This document shows, piece after piece, positions 1 to 9,622 of a stretch of 64,000 nt of DNA. A model generated the notes under the pieces. The model was given only the letters and a program-made list of their open reading frames with translations. It was not told where the DNA came from and ran no database searches. Location of the stretch: positions 1,120,001-1,184,000 of the forward strand of contig CBDCYI010000004.1 in assembly GCA_965224085.1 (NCBI GenBank). Direction: 5' to 3'. The stretch comes from Candidatus Marinacidobacterales bacterium. GTDB taxonomy: Bacteria; Acidobacteriota; Vicinamibacteria; Marinacidobacterales; SMYC01. Position numbers and translations under genes: made by a program. Numbering within the stretch: the first letter of the stretch is position 1; each line of letters opens with the position of its first letter.

Positions 1-560
1 GGCTTGAAGACGAGACCGATCTGGAGCGGTATGACCGGCGTCCACAGCGTGTGCACTCCCGGAGAGTTAGAAGGCAGCACCAAGCCGAGCACCGGTGTTT
101 GAGCCTGATAGCTCAGCGTTACGCCGCGCTCTTCGACGCCGTAGCCGTTTTCGAGAATCGAAAGGTCCAAGCCGCGCGTGAGCGCATCGAGCACTTCGTC
201 CATACGCGTCAGCACGAAATGGTTTTTCTCCATGTTCGCGCGGCACATGTGCTCGGGAAGCCCCGTCGTCGCGGACTGATACTTGACGAAATCATCGGGC
301 CCTTGTCTGCCGTTTCCGAGTGGGAGCTCTTCGTTCATGTAGAGATCCGCGGCCCTTTTCACCATCTCGATGAGATCCCCTGGCGGGATCTCTCGCAGAA
401 CGTCGCGCGCTCTTTGCGCTTTACGCATGTCGCGCTCGATTAGCCCGCCGCCTGCGAGGCTCACGGTGGCGAGCTCTTCACCCGTGTCGAAATGGACGAC
501 GGTGTCTTTTTCCAAGCTGTCGTAGGGCTGTCCCCAACGAAGAACAGGAATGTCGATCAT
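1..560 (-). CDS. Aldehyde dehydrogenase / acyl-reductase-fold protein (runs off the window at its 3' end)
   Basis: Not in the ORF track. Manual translation from the ATG at 560 gives MIDIPVLRWGQPYDSLE...GLVLPSNSPGVHTLW...LVFKP, matching the ALDH-fold P-x-N and xxKP nucleotide-binding segments. Lies 10 bp downstream of the adenylase gene. Confidence 0.8.
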   Translation of the reverse strand, partial: MIDIPVLRWGQPYDSLEKDTVVHFDTGEELATVSLAGGGLIERDMRKAQRARDVLREIPPGDLIEMVKRAADLYMNEELPLGNGRQGPDDFVKYQSATTGLPEHMCRANMEKNHFVLTRMDEVLDALTRGLDLSILENGYGVEERGVTLSYQAQTPVLGLVLPSNSPGVHTLWTPVIPLQIGLVFK

Positions 561-570
561 GAGACCTGCG

Positions 571-1674
571 CTAGTAGACGCCGACCGTCGTGGCCGACGC
601 AAGCTCCTGGAAGGGTCGAACGCCGCTGACGCCGTCCCACGGATAGGTTTCGTACGGCTCTTCCCGCTCGCCTTCGTCACGCTCGAGAAAGCCGGGCACG
701 AAGAACTCTTTGGTTAATGTCGTGAGACGAACGCGGCCGGACTCACTGTAGCCGACCATGGTGCGCCCGTCATCGGGGTCGACGACTTCGATAACTGCCC
801 GAGGCTGTGGCGCGTAATAAGTAATTTTGTAGCCATCGTGCGGCCCGACCGGCTTCGACGCCGCAAGGCCCATCAAAGTATTGCCGTAAGTCGGCGTGAT
901 ATAGACGCCGTCGAGAAGCTCTTCAACCGCAAAGCGCGTCCATTGCGGGGTGAACTCGGTGCCACCGGAAAAAATACCCGTGAAACCGGCTTCCTTGAGA
1001 CTCGAGCCTTCGTCCTCAAGCCGTAGCGCGAAGGCCTCGAGGAGCTTGGGTGTTGTGAACAAAACCTTCAAGTCGTGCCCCGCACTCAAAAGCGTCATGG
1101 CTTGATCGATTACGTGGCTCTTGTACGCCTCGAGGTGCTCCGTCCAACCCTTATTGATGAGCTTGATGACCCATCGAGGATCCAAGTCGAGCCCGAAACA
1201 GATACCGCCGCGGTACTGCGCGAGATGCTCGACTGCGAGTCGCAAGCGGCGCGGCCCGGACGGCCCGAGCATGAGCCAATTCGCGCCCTTCGGGAAAGGC
1301 TCTTCAGGAAGGGTCTCGCTGAACAGCTCGTAGTCGATACGGAAGTCGTCGATCGCCACGCGGCTCTTGGGAATGCCCGTCGTGCCCCCGGTCTCGAAGA
1401 CATAGATGGGACGATCCTGATACGCTTTCGGTACGAAGCGCCTGAGCGGCCCCCCGCGGAGCCACTCGTCTTCGAAGAGCGGGAATCGCCGCAAATCCTC
1501 GAACGCTTGGATGTCTCCGCGCGGGTCGAAGTCGAGCTTCTCCTGGAAATCGAGCCAGAAGGGCGTCCCCGTCTCGGGATCGAAATGCCATTCCACAATC
1601 TCACGTACGTGGGCGTCGAGCGCCTGTTTGGCGCTCGCACTCTTTTCTTCGATGTCGGTGCTCAAGTTACTCAA
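571..1674 (-). CDS. Short ANL-superfamily adenylating enzyme (EhpF/PaaK/LuxE-like)
   Basis: P-loop ETGGTTGIPK, TYGNTL (YGxTE-like) and ERD motifs; 367 aa, lacking the usual C-terminal ANL subdomain; ends TTVGVY. Confidence 0.75.
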   Translation of the reverse strand: MSNLSTDIEEKSASAKQALDAHVREIVEWHFDPETGTPFWLDFQEKLDFDPRGDIQAFEDLRRFPLFEDEWLRGGPLRRFVPKAYQDRPIYVFETGGTTGIPKSRVAIDDFRIDYELFSETLPEEPFPKGANWLMLGPSGPRRLRLAVEHLAQYRGGICFGLDLDPRWVIKLINKGWTEHLEAYKSHVIDQAMTLLSAGHDLKVLFTTPKLLEAFALRLEDEGSSLKEAGFTGIFSGGTEFTPQWTRFAVEELLDGVYITPTYGNTLMGLAASKPVGPHDGYKITYYAPQPRAVIEVVDPDDGRTMVGYSESGRVRLTTLTKEFFVPGFLERDEGEREEPYETYPWDGVSGVRPFQELASATTVGVY

Positions 1675-3014
1675 ACCGTGACGACTCCCGTTTCCACTTG
1701 CTGTTTTTCAGCAACCGGCTCCCGCGCAGCGAGTTTCTCGAAAACTGCGACTGACTGTCGCGCCATTTCCGAAACACTGTAGTGACGTCGTACGCCTTCG
1801 GAGGCTCGGCGCCCAAGCTTCTGGCGCTCGGACGCGTCCAAACACAAGCGTGCCAGTGTTTCTGCGAGTACAGCGGCATCGTTCGCGTCGACGATCAAAC
1901 CACCGCCGGTTTTTTCCACGATCTCGGCGAAAGCCCCCTTGCGCGGCTGGACTACCGGTGTCCCTGCCGCCATCGCCTCCAGGAGAAAGATCCCTTTCGG
2001 CTCTTGGTAGTCGGTCGGCACCGACGCCAAGGCCAGGGAGCGTAGGAAATCTATCTTCTCCTGCCGATCGAGCACGCCGTGATAGTGGAACTCGTCTCCG
2101 AGCCCGTAGCGGTGCATGTCGCTTTCAGCTTTGGCCAGATAACCGCGGTGCTCGCGTCCGAGGTAGCCCGCAACCTCGAGTCGCGTCGCAGGCAAATCGC
2201 TACGCTCGCGCAGCAACCGATAGGCCTCCACGAGGTTGTGAAGCCCTTTCTCAGGTGCTATGCGTGCGAAGTAGCCGATTTTGAGGGGACCCTCGTCGAG
2301 CTCAGGCGGATCCGCGGACTCGTAGCCGTCGAAGTTGATACCAAGCGGTACCATGGTCATCTTCTCCGCCGGGATCGCGAGAAGCTTACCCATGAATTCC
2401 GCGTAGTAATCGCTTACCGCTATGAACGCGTCGACGTGCTCGACTTGTTCTCGGATGAGCTCGATGGCCTCCGCCCGGTGGGTTTTCGGAAGACCATCGA
2501 GAAACAAGTCCTCCCCTTGGAGCGTACACACCACGGGCACCTCGAGCGCTCGTGCGAGCGGGAGCGCGAGGCCTATCATGAGCGAGTTGGGCAGGATGAT
2601 GACATCGGGCTTCGGGTGCTTCTTTAGCCAATCGGTCACGTTGCGGACTTCCTTCTTCTGAAAGCCGTGCTCGCCCCTCAACGTCGAGACGGTGAGCTCC
2701 GCTAGCTTTGCTGGGTCGGTTGAGACCGAGACTTTGCTCACGAGCTGCATGACCCATTTAGAGTCGAAGAGACGATCGATGAACTTGGGCGTATGGCGAA
2801 ACAGCGGGACGGTCTGCTGAAGATAAACATTCACTCCACCGTAGAGAACGCGCTCCTCGCTCACGTTGGGCTCGTCGGTGCGCGTCGGCGTGTAGATCGG
2901 TACCAACGTTACGTCGTGCTCTTGGCGGCGAAGCTCGGTCGCGAGAGCGTTGTCACGTAGACAACTCCCGCAATACATGTTGGCCGCGCCGGCGGTGATA
3001 GCCAGAATTTTCAA
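1671..3014 (-). CDS. Glycosyltransferase family 4 (GT-B)
   Basis: GYFARIAPEKG and EPKGIFLLEAMAAGTPVV motifs; N-terminal MYCGSC; TTG start; 4-bp overlap with the next gene. Confidence 0.9.
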   Translation of the reverse strand: MKILAITAGAANMYCGSCLRDNALATELRRQEHDVTLVPIYTPTRTDEPNVSEERVLYGGVNVYLQQTVPLFRHTPKFIDRLFDSKWVMQLVSKVSVSTDPAKLAELTVSTLRGEHGFQKKEVRNVTDWLKKHPKPDVIILPNSLMIGLALPLARALEVPVVCTLQGEDLFLDGLPKTHRAEAIELIREQVEHVDAFIAVSDYYAEFMGKLLAIPAEKMTMVPLGINFDGYESADPPELDEGPLKIGYFARIAPEKGLHNLVEAYRLLRERSDLPATRLEVAGYLGREHRGYLAKAESDMHRYGLGDEFHYHGVLDRQEKIDFLRSLALASVPTDYQEPKGIFLLEAMAAGTPVVQPRKGAFAEIVEKTGGGLIVDANDAAVLAETLARLCLDASERQKLGRRASEGVRRHYSVSEMARQSVAVFEKLAAREPVAEKQQVETGVVTV

Positions 3015-3086
3015 GAGAGCTTCCCTAGCGCCTCCGAATTTAGCATCTTATTGCGCCGGAATGATCCTCGCAACTTGCTCTAGTGT

Positions 3087-3115
3087 TTGACAATGGCTGG
3101 AAACGGCCTTAGCCT
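3087..3115 (+). promoter_or_regulatory. Putative sigma70 promoter
   Basis: TTGACA (3087-3092), 17 bp spacer, TAGCCT (3110-3115); ATG 3122 follows 6 nt later, implying a leaderless mRNA. Confidence 0.55.
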
Positions 3116-3121
3116 GGCCAA

Positions 3122-3449
3122 ATGGGCGGGCGCTACGGAGTTGTCACCGTTCTCGTTTTCGTTCTGATCGCTCCCGCATGGGCCCAGCAAAGCGAAAAAA
3201 AAGAACCCGCGCCGAGTGATCGCATCGTTTTCGACTTCTCCTTCGACTACGACCCGGAGGAGCTCCGCGAGCACATCATGGACAAATTGCAGTGGAAACG
3301 CATATGGGGCCCCTTTCGGCATTGCCGGCTACCACATCGCGCCGGCCGCGGAATCTGGCCCCTACCGCGGCCCGCCCAAGCAGTTCTGGAGCAACGGATG
3401 GGGGACCAGCCTTTGGCGCGACCCCGTCACCGGCTGGCCTCTCCAGTAA
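3122..3449 (+). CDS. Small secreted hypothetical protein, apparent one-base frameshift
   Basis: Signal peptide (LIAPAWA|QQ) in the 3122 frame. Removing one base in GGGGCCCCCTTT (~3306-3317) joins KRIWGP to FGIAGYHIAP...DPVTGWPLQ in the 3216..3449 frame. Confidence 0.5.
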
Positions 3450-3472
3450 TATTGAAGGGCAGCAACTCGCCC

Positions 3473-4600
3473 TTACTCGTCCGTCCAGCTTCCCTCGAAA
3501 AGCGGCTCGAGCGGCAACGACTCGGCGCCGTTGTCCGTGCATACGGCATATTTCGAGCGCTCGGTCGCGTACATCGAAACGCCTGCGAAGTCGCCGTTCT
3601 TATTGGTCACGTAGAACGAGAGCCCGAAGCTCGGAAGGCCGCGACTGTTGAGAAGCCGCTTTTCGACCGTGTTCGCTTGAACCCGTTTCAACGCGGCCAT
3701 ACCGGCATCTTTCGGAGACGCACCGCGCCGCATCTCTTCGACGACGAAGAAGGAGCAAAGCCCGTAGAGATTCGCTTCACCCCGCCCGGTCGAGCCCGCG
3801 GCGCCGACCTCGTTGTCGACATAGAGGCCCGCTCCGAGGATGGGTGAGTCGCCGACGCGTCCCGGGATCTTCCATGCGAGTCCGCTCGTGGTCGTGACAC
3901 CGCAAACGTCTCCGTTCGGCCCCACACCGTCGCAGTTAATGGTGCCCCAGAAGTGCTCTTCATCGATGAGCCCTTCGCGCACCATCGCAACACCCGCTTT
4001 GAGGCCGGCCTCGGCGCGTTTTTTCGGGTCCAGATAGTGGCTCGGGTCGATGCGTCGCTTCCACTCGATGAAGCGCTCGCGCGAGTGTTCCGTGTTCAAA
4101 TCGTCTTCGATCGTAAATCCCATATGACGCGCGAAACTCTGGGCGCCGTCGCTGACGAGGAGGTGATGATCGGTGTGCTCCATCACCGCATGAGCTACCC
4201 GCGCGGGCGCTCGCACGCCTTCGATCGCGGCGACGCAGCCGGCGCGCTTTTTTGGGCCGTGCATACAGCACGAATCGAGCTGCACGACCCCGTCCGCATT
4301 CGGAAGACCGCCATAGCCGACGCCAGCCTCTGTCGGGTCAAGCTCCACGATCTCGACGCCCGCGATGAGGCTCTCGAGAACGTCTCGGCCACTCGTCAAC
4401 ATACGAAACGCGCGCTCGACGCAGGTCTCGTCACCGCCGTTCTTGTAAGTATTGCCATTGCCCGAGGCGATCACGACCGGCTTGACACTTTGCGCCGTGA
4501 TCATGGTCGGCGCTGCTCCAACCGTTTGCGAGGCCGCAGCCAAGCCAGCCGCGGCCGCCCCGGATTTGACGAACTCTCGTCGACTCAGTTTCTTGCTCAT
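3473..4600 (-). CDS. N4-(beta-N-acetylglucosaminyl)-L-asparaginase / isoaspartyl peptidase family (Ntn hydrolase), Tat-exported
   Basis: Tat motif SRREFVK; VGYGGLP, WG|TI cleavage region, TTTSGLAWKIPGRVGDSP, STGRGE; start reassigned to MSKKLSRR at 4600. Confidence 0.9.
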   Translation of the reverse strand: MSKKLSRREFVKSGAAAAGLAAASQTVGAAPTMITAQSVKPVVIASGNGNTYKNGGDETCVERAFRMLTSGRDVLESLIAGVEIVELDPTEAGVGYGGLPNADGVVQLDSCCMHGPKKRAGCVAAIEGVRAPARVAHAVMEHTDHHLLVSDGAQSFARHMGFTIEDDLNTEHSRERFIEWKRRIDPSHYLDPKKRAEAGLKAGVAMVREGLIDEEHFWGTINCDGVGPNGDVCGVTTTSGLAWKIPGRVGDSPILGAGLYVDNEVGAAGSTGRGEANLYGLCSFFVVEEMRRGASPKDAGMAALKRVQANTVEKRLLNSRGLPSFGLSFYVTNKNGDFAGVSMYATERSKYAVCTDNGAESLPLEPLFEGSWTDE

Positions 4601-4637
4601 GGTGACTACTTCCCTAAGTGCGGCATCATACATCAAA

Positions 4638-4780
4638 TTAGCAGGGTGATGAAAAAGTCATGTGCACCCTGCGCTCGCTTCGCTCCCCCGGCCCAAAAGG
4701 GCCGACAGCGGAAAGCCGAGCGAAGAGCGAGGCGACAAGCGCGCGAGCGAGAGGAGTGAGCGCGCACTGAGCACTCTAGA
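4638..4780 (-). repeat. Dispersed structured repeat (MITE/REP-like), copy 1
   Basis: Reverse complement reads CTAGAGTGCTCAGTGCGCGCTCACTCCTC...GGCCC-N4-GGGCC...CAGGGTGCACATGACTTTTTCATCACCCTGCTAA, matching the copies at 26291 and 55291. Confidence 0.85.
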
Positions 4781-5736
4781 TGAACACTTCGACCGTAGCC
4801 TGCGTCCGAAGCGTCTCGACTTCCGTCTCGAGTCGTTGTTGCAGATTCAACTGCTGCAAGTATTCTTCGATCCGCCCCTGCACCTCTTCGTACGGGATCA
4901 AGCCGCCGCCGCGGCGCTCGAGAAGCTTGAGAATGTGGAAGCCGAACTGCGTTTCGACGACATCGCTCATCTCTCCAACCTCGAGAGCCATGGCGGCCGC
5001 TTCAAACGGAGGCACCATCTGGCCTCGAGACATCCAGGGCAGCTCGCCGCCCTTGTTCTTTGGAACCCGGGTCGCCCGAGTTTCGCCGCGCGAGGTCGCC
5101 GAAATCCTGCCCGACCTCGATCATGCTCCGTAGCGAGGCGGTTTTCTTGCGTGCGGCTTCTTTGACTTCGGGTGTCGCGTCCTCGGCAACTTGAATGAGA
5201 ATATGCGCGACGCGAAACTCGGGCGACCTTTGCATCGCTTCCGTGTTGCCGCTATAGAACGTGCGCTTTTCCTCTTCGGTGACGGTAACTTGCGGGACGA
5301 GGTCGCGCTGCACCATCCGCTGAATGCCGATGTCTTTCTTGAGATCGAGCTTGATTTGGTCGGCAGAGACGCCTTCTTTCGCGAGCGCCTCCGCGAAGGC
5401 CGCTGGGCCGCCGAAGCCCTGGCTTTGGTTCTCGAACTCACTTTCGATCTCGGCCTCAGTCGGAGCGAGGTTCTTTGCTTCGACGGCCTGGTAGAGGAGC
5501 TCGCCGCTGATCAGCTCGTCGAGGACGCGCCGATAAAAATCGGGGGGCACCTCGGAGGATGGAAGCTGCGTTTTGAGCGCGTTCGCCCGTCGCAGAAGGT
5601 CGGTTTTCGAAATCTCGAGACCGTTCACGCTGGTTACGACCTCGGGGAAAGTGCTCGGGCTCGGAGCCTGTTGGGCGAGTGCTATGGCGCACGGGGCACT
5701 CAACACGAGCGCGGGGACAAGCCACCACCATTTCAT
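4776..5736 (-). CDS. SurA/PrsA-like peptidyl-prolyl isomerase (PpiC domain), one-base frameshift near 5052
   Basis: Signal peptide, SurA N-domain, VAHILI...DFGDLARRNSGDPGS in one frame, then GGELPWMSRGQMVPPFEAAA...ETQFGFHIL in the next; one extra base in AAAGAACAAGGG; RBS GGAGG before ATG 5736. Confidence 0.88.
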
Positions 5737-5838
5737 TGATTGTCCTCCATCACTGGACCTATCCAACCATCTTAAGCCTTGGTACGGGCGGATCCAAAAG
5801 CGCGCCGGATGCCAGAATGCTAGACTCCTACGCCTTCG

Positions 5839-7056
5839 ATGTTTTGGTCCCGAGTCTTCCTCCCTTTCGCCCTAGGCTACTTCGTCTCCCAGCTCTTTCG
5901 CTCGGTGAACGCTGTGGTCTCGGCAGACCTCATTGCCGAGCTCGCTATCGATGCCTGGACGGTCGGCTTTTTGACGAGCGTGTATTTTCTCGCTTTCGCG
6001 AGCGTTCAGCTTCCCGTCGGCGTGGCTCTCGACCGCTACGGCCCCCGACGAACCGAGGCCGCGCTATTGCTATTCGCGGCTTTTGGCGCTCTCGTATTCG
6101 CGGCCGCACAGACGCCGAACGGCCTTGCGCTCGGCCGGGCGCTCATCGGTCTCGGCGTCTCGGCCTGCTTGATGGCCTCGTTCCACGCTTTCATCCTTTG
6201 GGCTCCCCCGGCGCGGCTGCCTTTCATGAACGGCTCCGTGATGGCGGTCGGTGCTACCGGAGCCCTCACCGCCACGGTCCCGGTGGAATGGGCGATCGGC
6301 CACATCGGATGGCGGGCGCTTTTTACTTGGCTGTCGGCTGCCACCGTCCTATGCGCCGCGGTTTTGTTCTTCGTGGTGACCGACAAAAAGAGCGTACATC
6401 CGAAAGAAAGTCTCGGTGCGGTTGCGCGGGGCCTGGGCAATGTCTTTCGAAGCCGTGTCTTCTGGAGCATCGCTCCCTTCTCGATATTGCATCAGGGCGC
6501 CTATCTTTCGATCCAAAGCCTTTGGGCCGGCCCATGGCTCGCGGACGTCGCCGAGCTTCCGCGCGATGAGGTCGCAACCCATCTCCTGATGCTCGCGTTG
6601 TCGATGGGCGTCGGCTTCATCGGCTTGGGGTTTCTTGCCGAGCGGCTCGGGCGCTTCGGCGTTCCCACGGTCGCGATCTGGATCGGCTCGTCCATCGCCT
6701 TCCAGTGCGCACAGCTCGGCCTCGTTTTGGAGTGGACGGGCTACGCGCGTGGCCTGTGGTCCGCGTTCGGCCTCTTCGGTGCGGCCGGTATGTTGAGCTA
6801 CGTGATCTTGACGCGATCGTTTCCGATCGCGATGGCGGGCCGCGTCAACACCGGGCTCAACGTCTTCGTCTTCGTCGGAGCTTACGCGCTGCAAGCGGGC
6901 ATCGGCGCGATCGTTCAGCACTACTCGGAACCTGGCGCGCCGTTCTCGCCGAAAGGCTTTCAGATGGCATTTGGCATAGCGCTAGCGCTGCAGACGCTCG
7001 CTCTCTTCTGGCTTCTCACGACCTCGCCGTGGCGTCAACGCACGCGCGACCACTGA
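5839..7056 (+). CDS. MFS transporter
   Basis: About 12 hydrophobic segments; motif A GVALDRYGPRR. Confidence 0.92.
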   Translation: MFWSRVFLPFALGYFVSQLFRSVNAVVSADLIAELAIDAWTVGFLTSVYFLAFASVQLPVGVALDRYGPRRTEAALLLFAAFGALVFAAAQTPNGLALGRALIGLGVSACLMASFHAFILWAPPARLPFMNGSVMAVGATGALTATVPVEWAIGHIGWRALFTWLSAATVLCAAVLFFVVTDKKSVHPKESLGAVARGLGNVFRSRVFWSIAPFSILHQGAYLSIQSLWAGPWLADVAELPRDEVATHLLMLALSMGVGFIGLGFLAERLGRFGVPTVAIWIGSSIAFQCAQLGLVLEWTGYARGLWSAFGLFGAAGMLSYVILTRSFPIAMAGRVNTGLNVFVFVGAYALQAGIGAIVQHYSEPGAPFSPKGFQMAFGIALALQTLALFWLLTTSPWRQRTRDH

Positions 7057-7235
7057 TTGTGGACCATCACTTCGAGCGGAGCATCACCTTCTGCGACCTC
7101 GAACACTTCCTCGAAGTGGTCGTCATCTCTCAAGCGCAAGGTGTAGCGTGCGCGTCCCATGAAGTTCTCGATGATTTTCGAAACGAAGACGAGCTCTTTC
7201 GGGCTGCCCTTTTCTAGATCTAGAACATATTCCAT
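7035..7235 (-). CDS. Small hypothetical protein
   Basis: 66-aa ORF downstream of and co-oriented with amrS; fills the gap, overlaps the MFS end by 22 bp. Confidence 0.45.
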   Translation of the reverse strand: MEYVLDLEKGSPKELVFVSKIIENFMGRARYTLRLRDDDHFEEVFEVAEGDAPLEVMVHNQWSRVR

Positions 7236-7266
7236 CTTTGGATAGGTTCTTAGGGGTCGCGAGCGT

Positions 7267-8343
7267 TTAGCCTGAGAGCGTCACCGGCTGGCGTCGCGAG
7301 CCCCAGCGCCCCGGATGTTCGGCGAAAACACCGGGGCATGTCGCGCCGCAGGAACGGCACCGTCCGGCCTCCGACAGATTCCAATCCGACAACTCGTACC
7401 AGTCGCGCCCGATAAGGATTTCTCCGCACGCGTGACAGTAGGTGCTCCCCCCGGCTTTGTCGTGGACGTTGCCGGTATAAGGGAAGCGAACACCATTTCG
7501 CGTAGCGATCGACCGTGCCCGGCTCAGAGTATCCGGGGGCGTGCTGGGCTTTTCGAGCATCTTCCAGTCCGGGTGAAACGCAGTGAAATGCATCGGTACG
7601 TCCGGACCCAAATTCTCGACGACCCACGCCGTCATTTCGTCGAGCTCACCGTCCGAGTCGTTCTCTCCTGGAATGAGAAGCGTCGTCAGCTCGAGCCAGA
7701 CATCCGTCTCTCGAGAGATGTAGCGCAGCGTGTCGAGAACCGGTGCGAGGGCACCCGCGCAGATTTTCTTGTAGAACCGCTCTGTGAACGCCTTCAAGTC
7801 CACGTTCGCAGCGTCGAGATGCGCGTAGAGCTCTTCGCGAGGCCTCTCGGTGATGTAGCCCGCCGTCACCGCGACCGCCTTGACGTCACGCGCCCGGCAA
7901 GCGTCGGCGACATCGACGGCATATTCGAGAAAGATGGTAGGGTCGTTGTACGTGAACGCCACGCTCCGGGACCCGTTCTCCGCGGCCGCGCGTGCGATCG
8001 CGTCGGGAGAAGCTTGGTCGGACAGCCGGCTCACTTCGCGCGACTTGCTGATGTCCCAATTCTGGCAGAACTGACAGGCGAGGTTGCAACCGGCCGTGCC
8101 GAAAGAGAGCACCGAGCTCCCCGGGTAGAAATGATTCAGCGGTTTTTTCTCGATGGGGTCGATGCAGAATCCGCTGGAGCGGCCGTAGGTTGTCAGCACA
8201 ACCGCGTCGTCTTCGCGCGCCCGCACGAAGCACATGCCGCGTTGGCCTTCGTTCAGCTTGCAAAAGCGTGGACAGAGATCGCATTGGACGCGCCCATCGC
8301 CGAGCGCGTGCCAGTACTTCGTGGCGACCACATCCGATGCCAT
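7267..8343 (-). CDS. amrS: AmmeMemoRadiSam system radical SAM enzyme
   Basis: CDLCPRFC, DPIEKKPLNHFYPG, GCNLACQFCQNW (CxxxCxxC), AFTYNDP, C-terminal Cys pairs. Confidence 0.93.
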   Translation of the reverse strand: MASDVVATKYWHALGDGRVQCDLCPRFCKLNEGQRGMCFVRAREDDAVVLTTYGRSSGFCIDPIEKKPLNHFYPGSSVLSFGTAGCNLACQFCQNWDISKSREVSRLSDQASPDAIARAAAENGSRSVAFTYNDPTIFLEYAVDVADACRARDVKAVAVTAGYITERPREELYAHLDAANVDLKAFTERFYKKICAGALAPVLDTLRYISRETDVWLELTTLLIPGENDSDGELDEMTAWVVENLGPDVPMHFTAFHPDWKMLEKPSTPPDTLSRARSIATRNGVRFPYTGNVHDKAGGSTYCHACGEILIGRDWYELSDWNLSEAGRCRSCGATCPGVFAEHPGRWGSRRQPVTLSG

Positions 8344-8400
8344 GACCGATTATCCTGCGTTGTCGCGATATCCGCCAGTGCCCCGCGCGCGTTAATATGG

Positions 8401-8664
8401 ATGTATGGCTACATCCATCGGCAAAGAAGAACGCCAGGGCTCATCCGCGGTTTCCTGTCCCGGCTGAAGTTCCCGCAGCTCTTTCTCGTTCTTGTCGCTC
8501 TCTTCGCCGTCGACATGGTCACGCCCGACCCGATTCTTTTGCTCGACGAAGCGATTCTCGGCGTCCTAGCGGTCATGTTTGGCCTTTGGCGCAATCGCGG
8601 CGAGGATGACGTGAAACCTCGGATGAAGAACATTACGCCCGAGAAAGAGAGCGAGTTGCGGTAG
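8401..8664 (+). CDS. Small membrane protein (DUF6116-like)
   Basis: LSRLKFPQLF...VDMVTPDPILLLDEAILG pattern; start uncertain (ATG 8401, or ATG 8406 with a frameshift). Confidence 0.7.
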   Translation: MYGYIHRQRRTPGLIRGFLSRLKFPQLFLVLVALFAVDMVTPDPILLLDEAILGVLAVMFGLWRNRGEDDVKPRMKNITPEKESELR

Positions 8665-8675
8665 GATCAGCCGCC

Positions 8676-9620
8676 ATGACGACGGCCTCCGCGATTTCGG
8701 TCGCCAAGATAGAGCACGCACGCTCGGTCATCGACCCCGTCTTCTTGGACTCGCCGCAGTTCAAGGCCGACTTCCTGAGCGAGCAGCTCGGGACCGACAT
8801 CGTCCTCAAAGTCGAGTGCGTCAACCCCATCCGCTCGTTCAAAGGTCGGGGCGCGGAATATTTCACACACCTTAACAAGGATAATGCCGCCCGCCCTTGG
8901 ATTTGTGCGTCCGCCGGAAATTTCGGCCAGGGCCTCGCCTATGCGGCGCGCAAGCACGACATCCCCATCATCGTCTATGCGGCAACGACGGCGAGCCCAT
9001 TCAAGATAGAGAAGATGCGCGCCTTGGGCGCCGACGTTCGGCTCGTCGGGCATGACTTCGACGCCTCGAAAGACGCTTGCCGCGCCCACGCCGAAGCCGA
9101 AAGGCTCACCTTCGTCGAGGACGGCCGGGACGCTGCGATCACTGAAGGCGCCGGCACCATCGCTCCTGAGCTCGCCCGATGGCCCGAGCCCTTCGACGCG
9201 GTGCTCGTCCCACTCGGAAGCGGCGCGCTCGTAAACGGCATCGGGAGCTGGGTGAAAGCACACTTACCGGAGACGCGTGTCGTGGCCGTCGGCGCCGACG
9301 AGGCGCCCGCAATGGAGCGTTCGTTCCGCGAGCGCCGTGTCGTCGCCACAACCGCACCAGTAAAGACGATAGCGGACGGCGTGGCGACCCGCGTCCCGGT
9401 GCCGGAGGCGGTCGAGGTGATGGTGGACGTCGCGGATGACGTGCTGCTTGTTCCGGAGGAGGACATCATCGAAGCGATGGCGCTCATCGAGCGTGAGCTC
9501 GGAGTGAAGGTCGAAGGAGCGGGCGCTGTTCCGCTCGCCGCAGCGCGTCGGTTTCGGGAAGGCTTCCGCGGCCAGCGCCTTGCCGTCGTCGTCTCGGGCA
9601 GCAACGTTGTTGGAGGATAG
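8676..9620 (+). CDS. Threonine/serine dehydratase family PLP enzyme (fold type II)
   Basis: SFKGRGA PLP lysine, SAGNFGQG, VPLGSGAL, EGAGA, SGSN. Confidence 0.9.
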   Translation: MTTASAISVAKIEHARSVIDPVFLDSPQFKADFLSEQLGTDIVLKVECVNPIRSFKGRGAEYFTHLNKDNAARPWICASAGNFGQGLAYAARKHDIPIIVYAATTASPFKIEKMRALGADVRLVGHDFDASKDACRAHAEAERLTFVEDGRDAAITEGAGTIAPELARWPEPFDAVLVPLGSGALVNGIGSWVKAHLPETRVVAVGADEAPAMERSFRERRVVATTAPVKTIADGVATRVPVPEAVEVMVDVADDVLLVPEEDIIEAMALIERELGVKVEGAGAVPLAAARRFREGFRGQRLAVVVSGSNVVGG

Positions 9621-9622
9621 TC

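Noticed and set aside
5040-5065. Programmed frameshift in the foldase gene (and at ~3310, ~8438, ~31583)
   Set aside because: All are single-base indels in short homopolymers within otherwise intact genes, with no canonical slippery site plus stimulator seen. Sequencing or assembly error is the simpler explanation; read data would settle it.
7267-8343. Stand-alone amrS as a new system
   Set aside because: amrA/amrB partners are often encoded elsewhere in the genome; their absence from this window is uninformative
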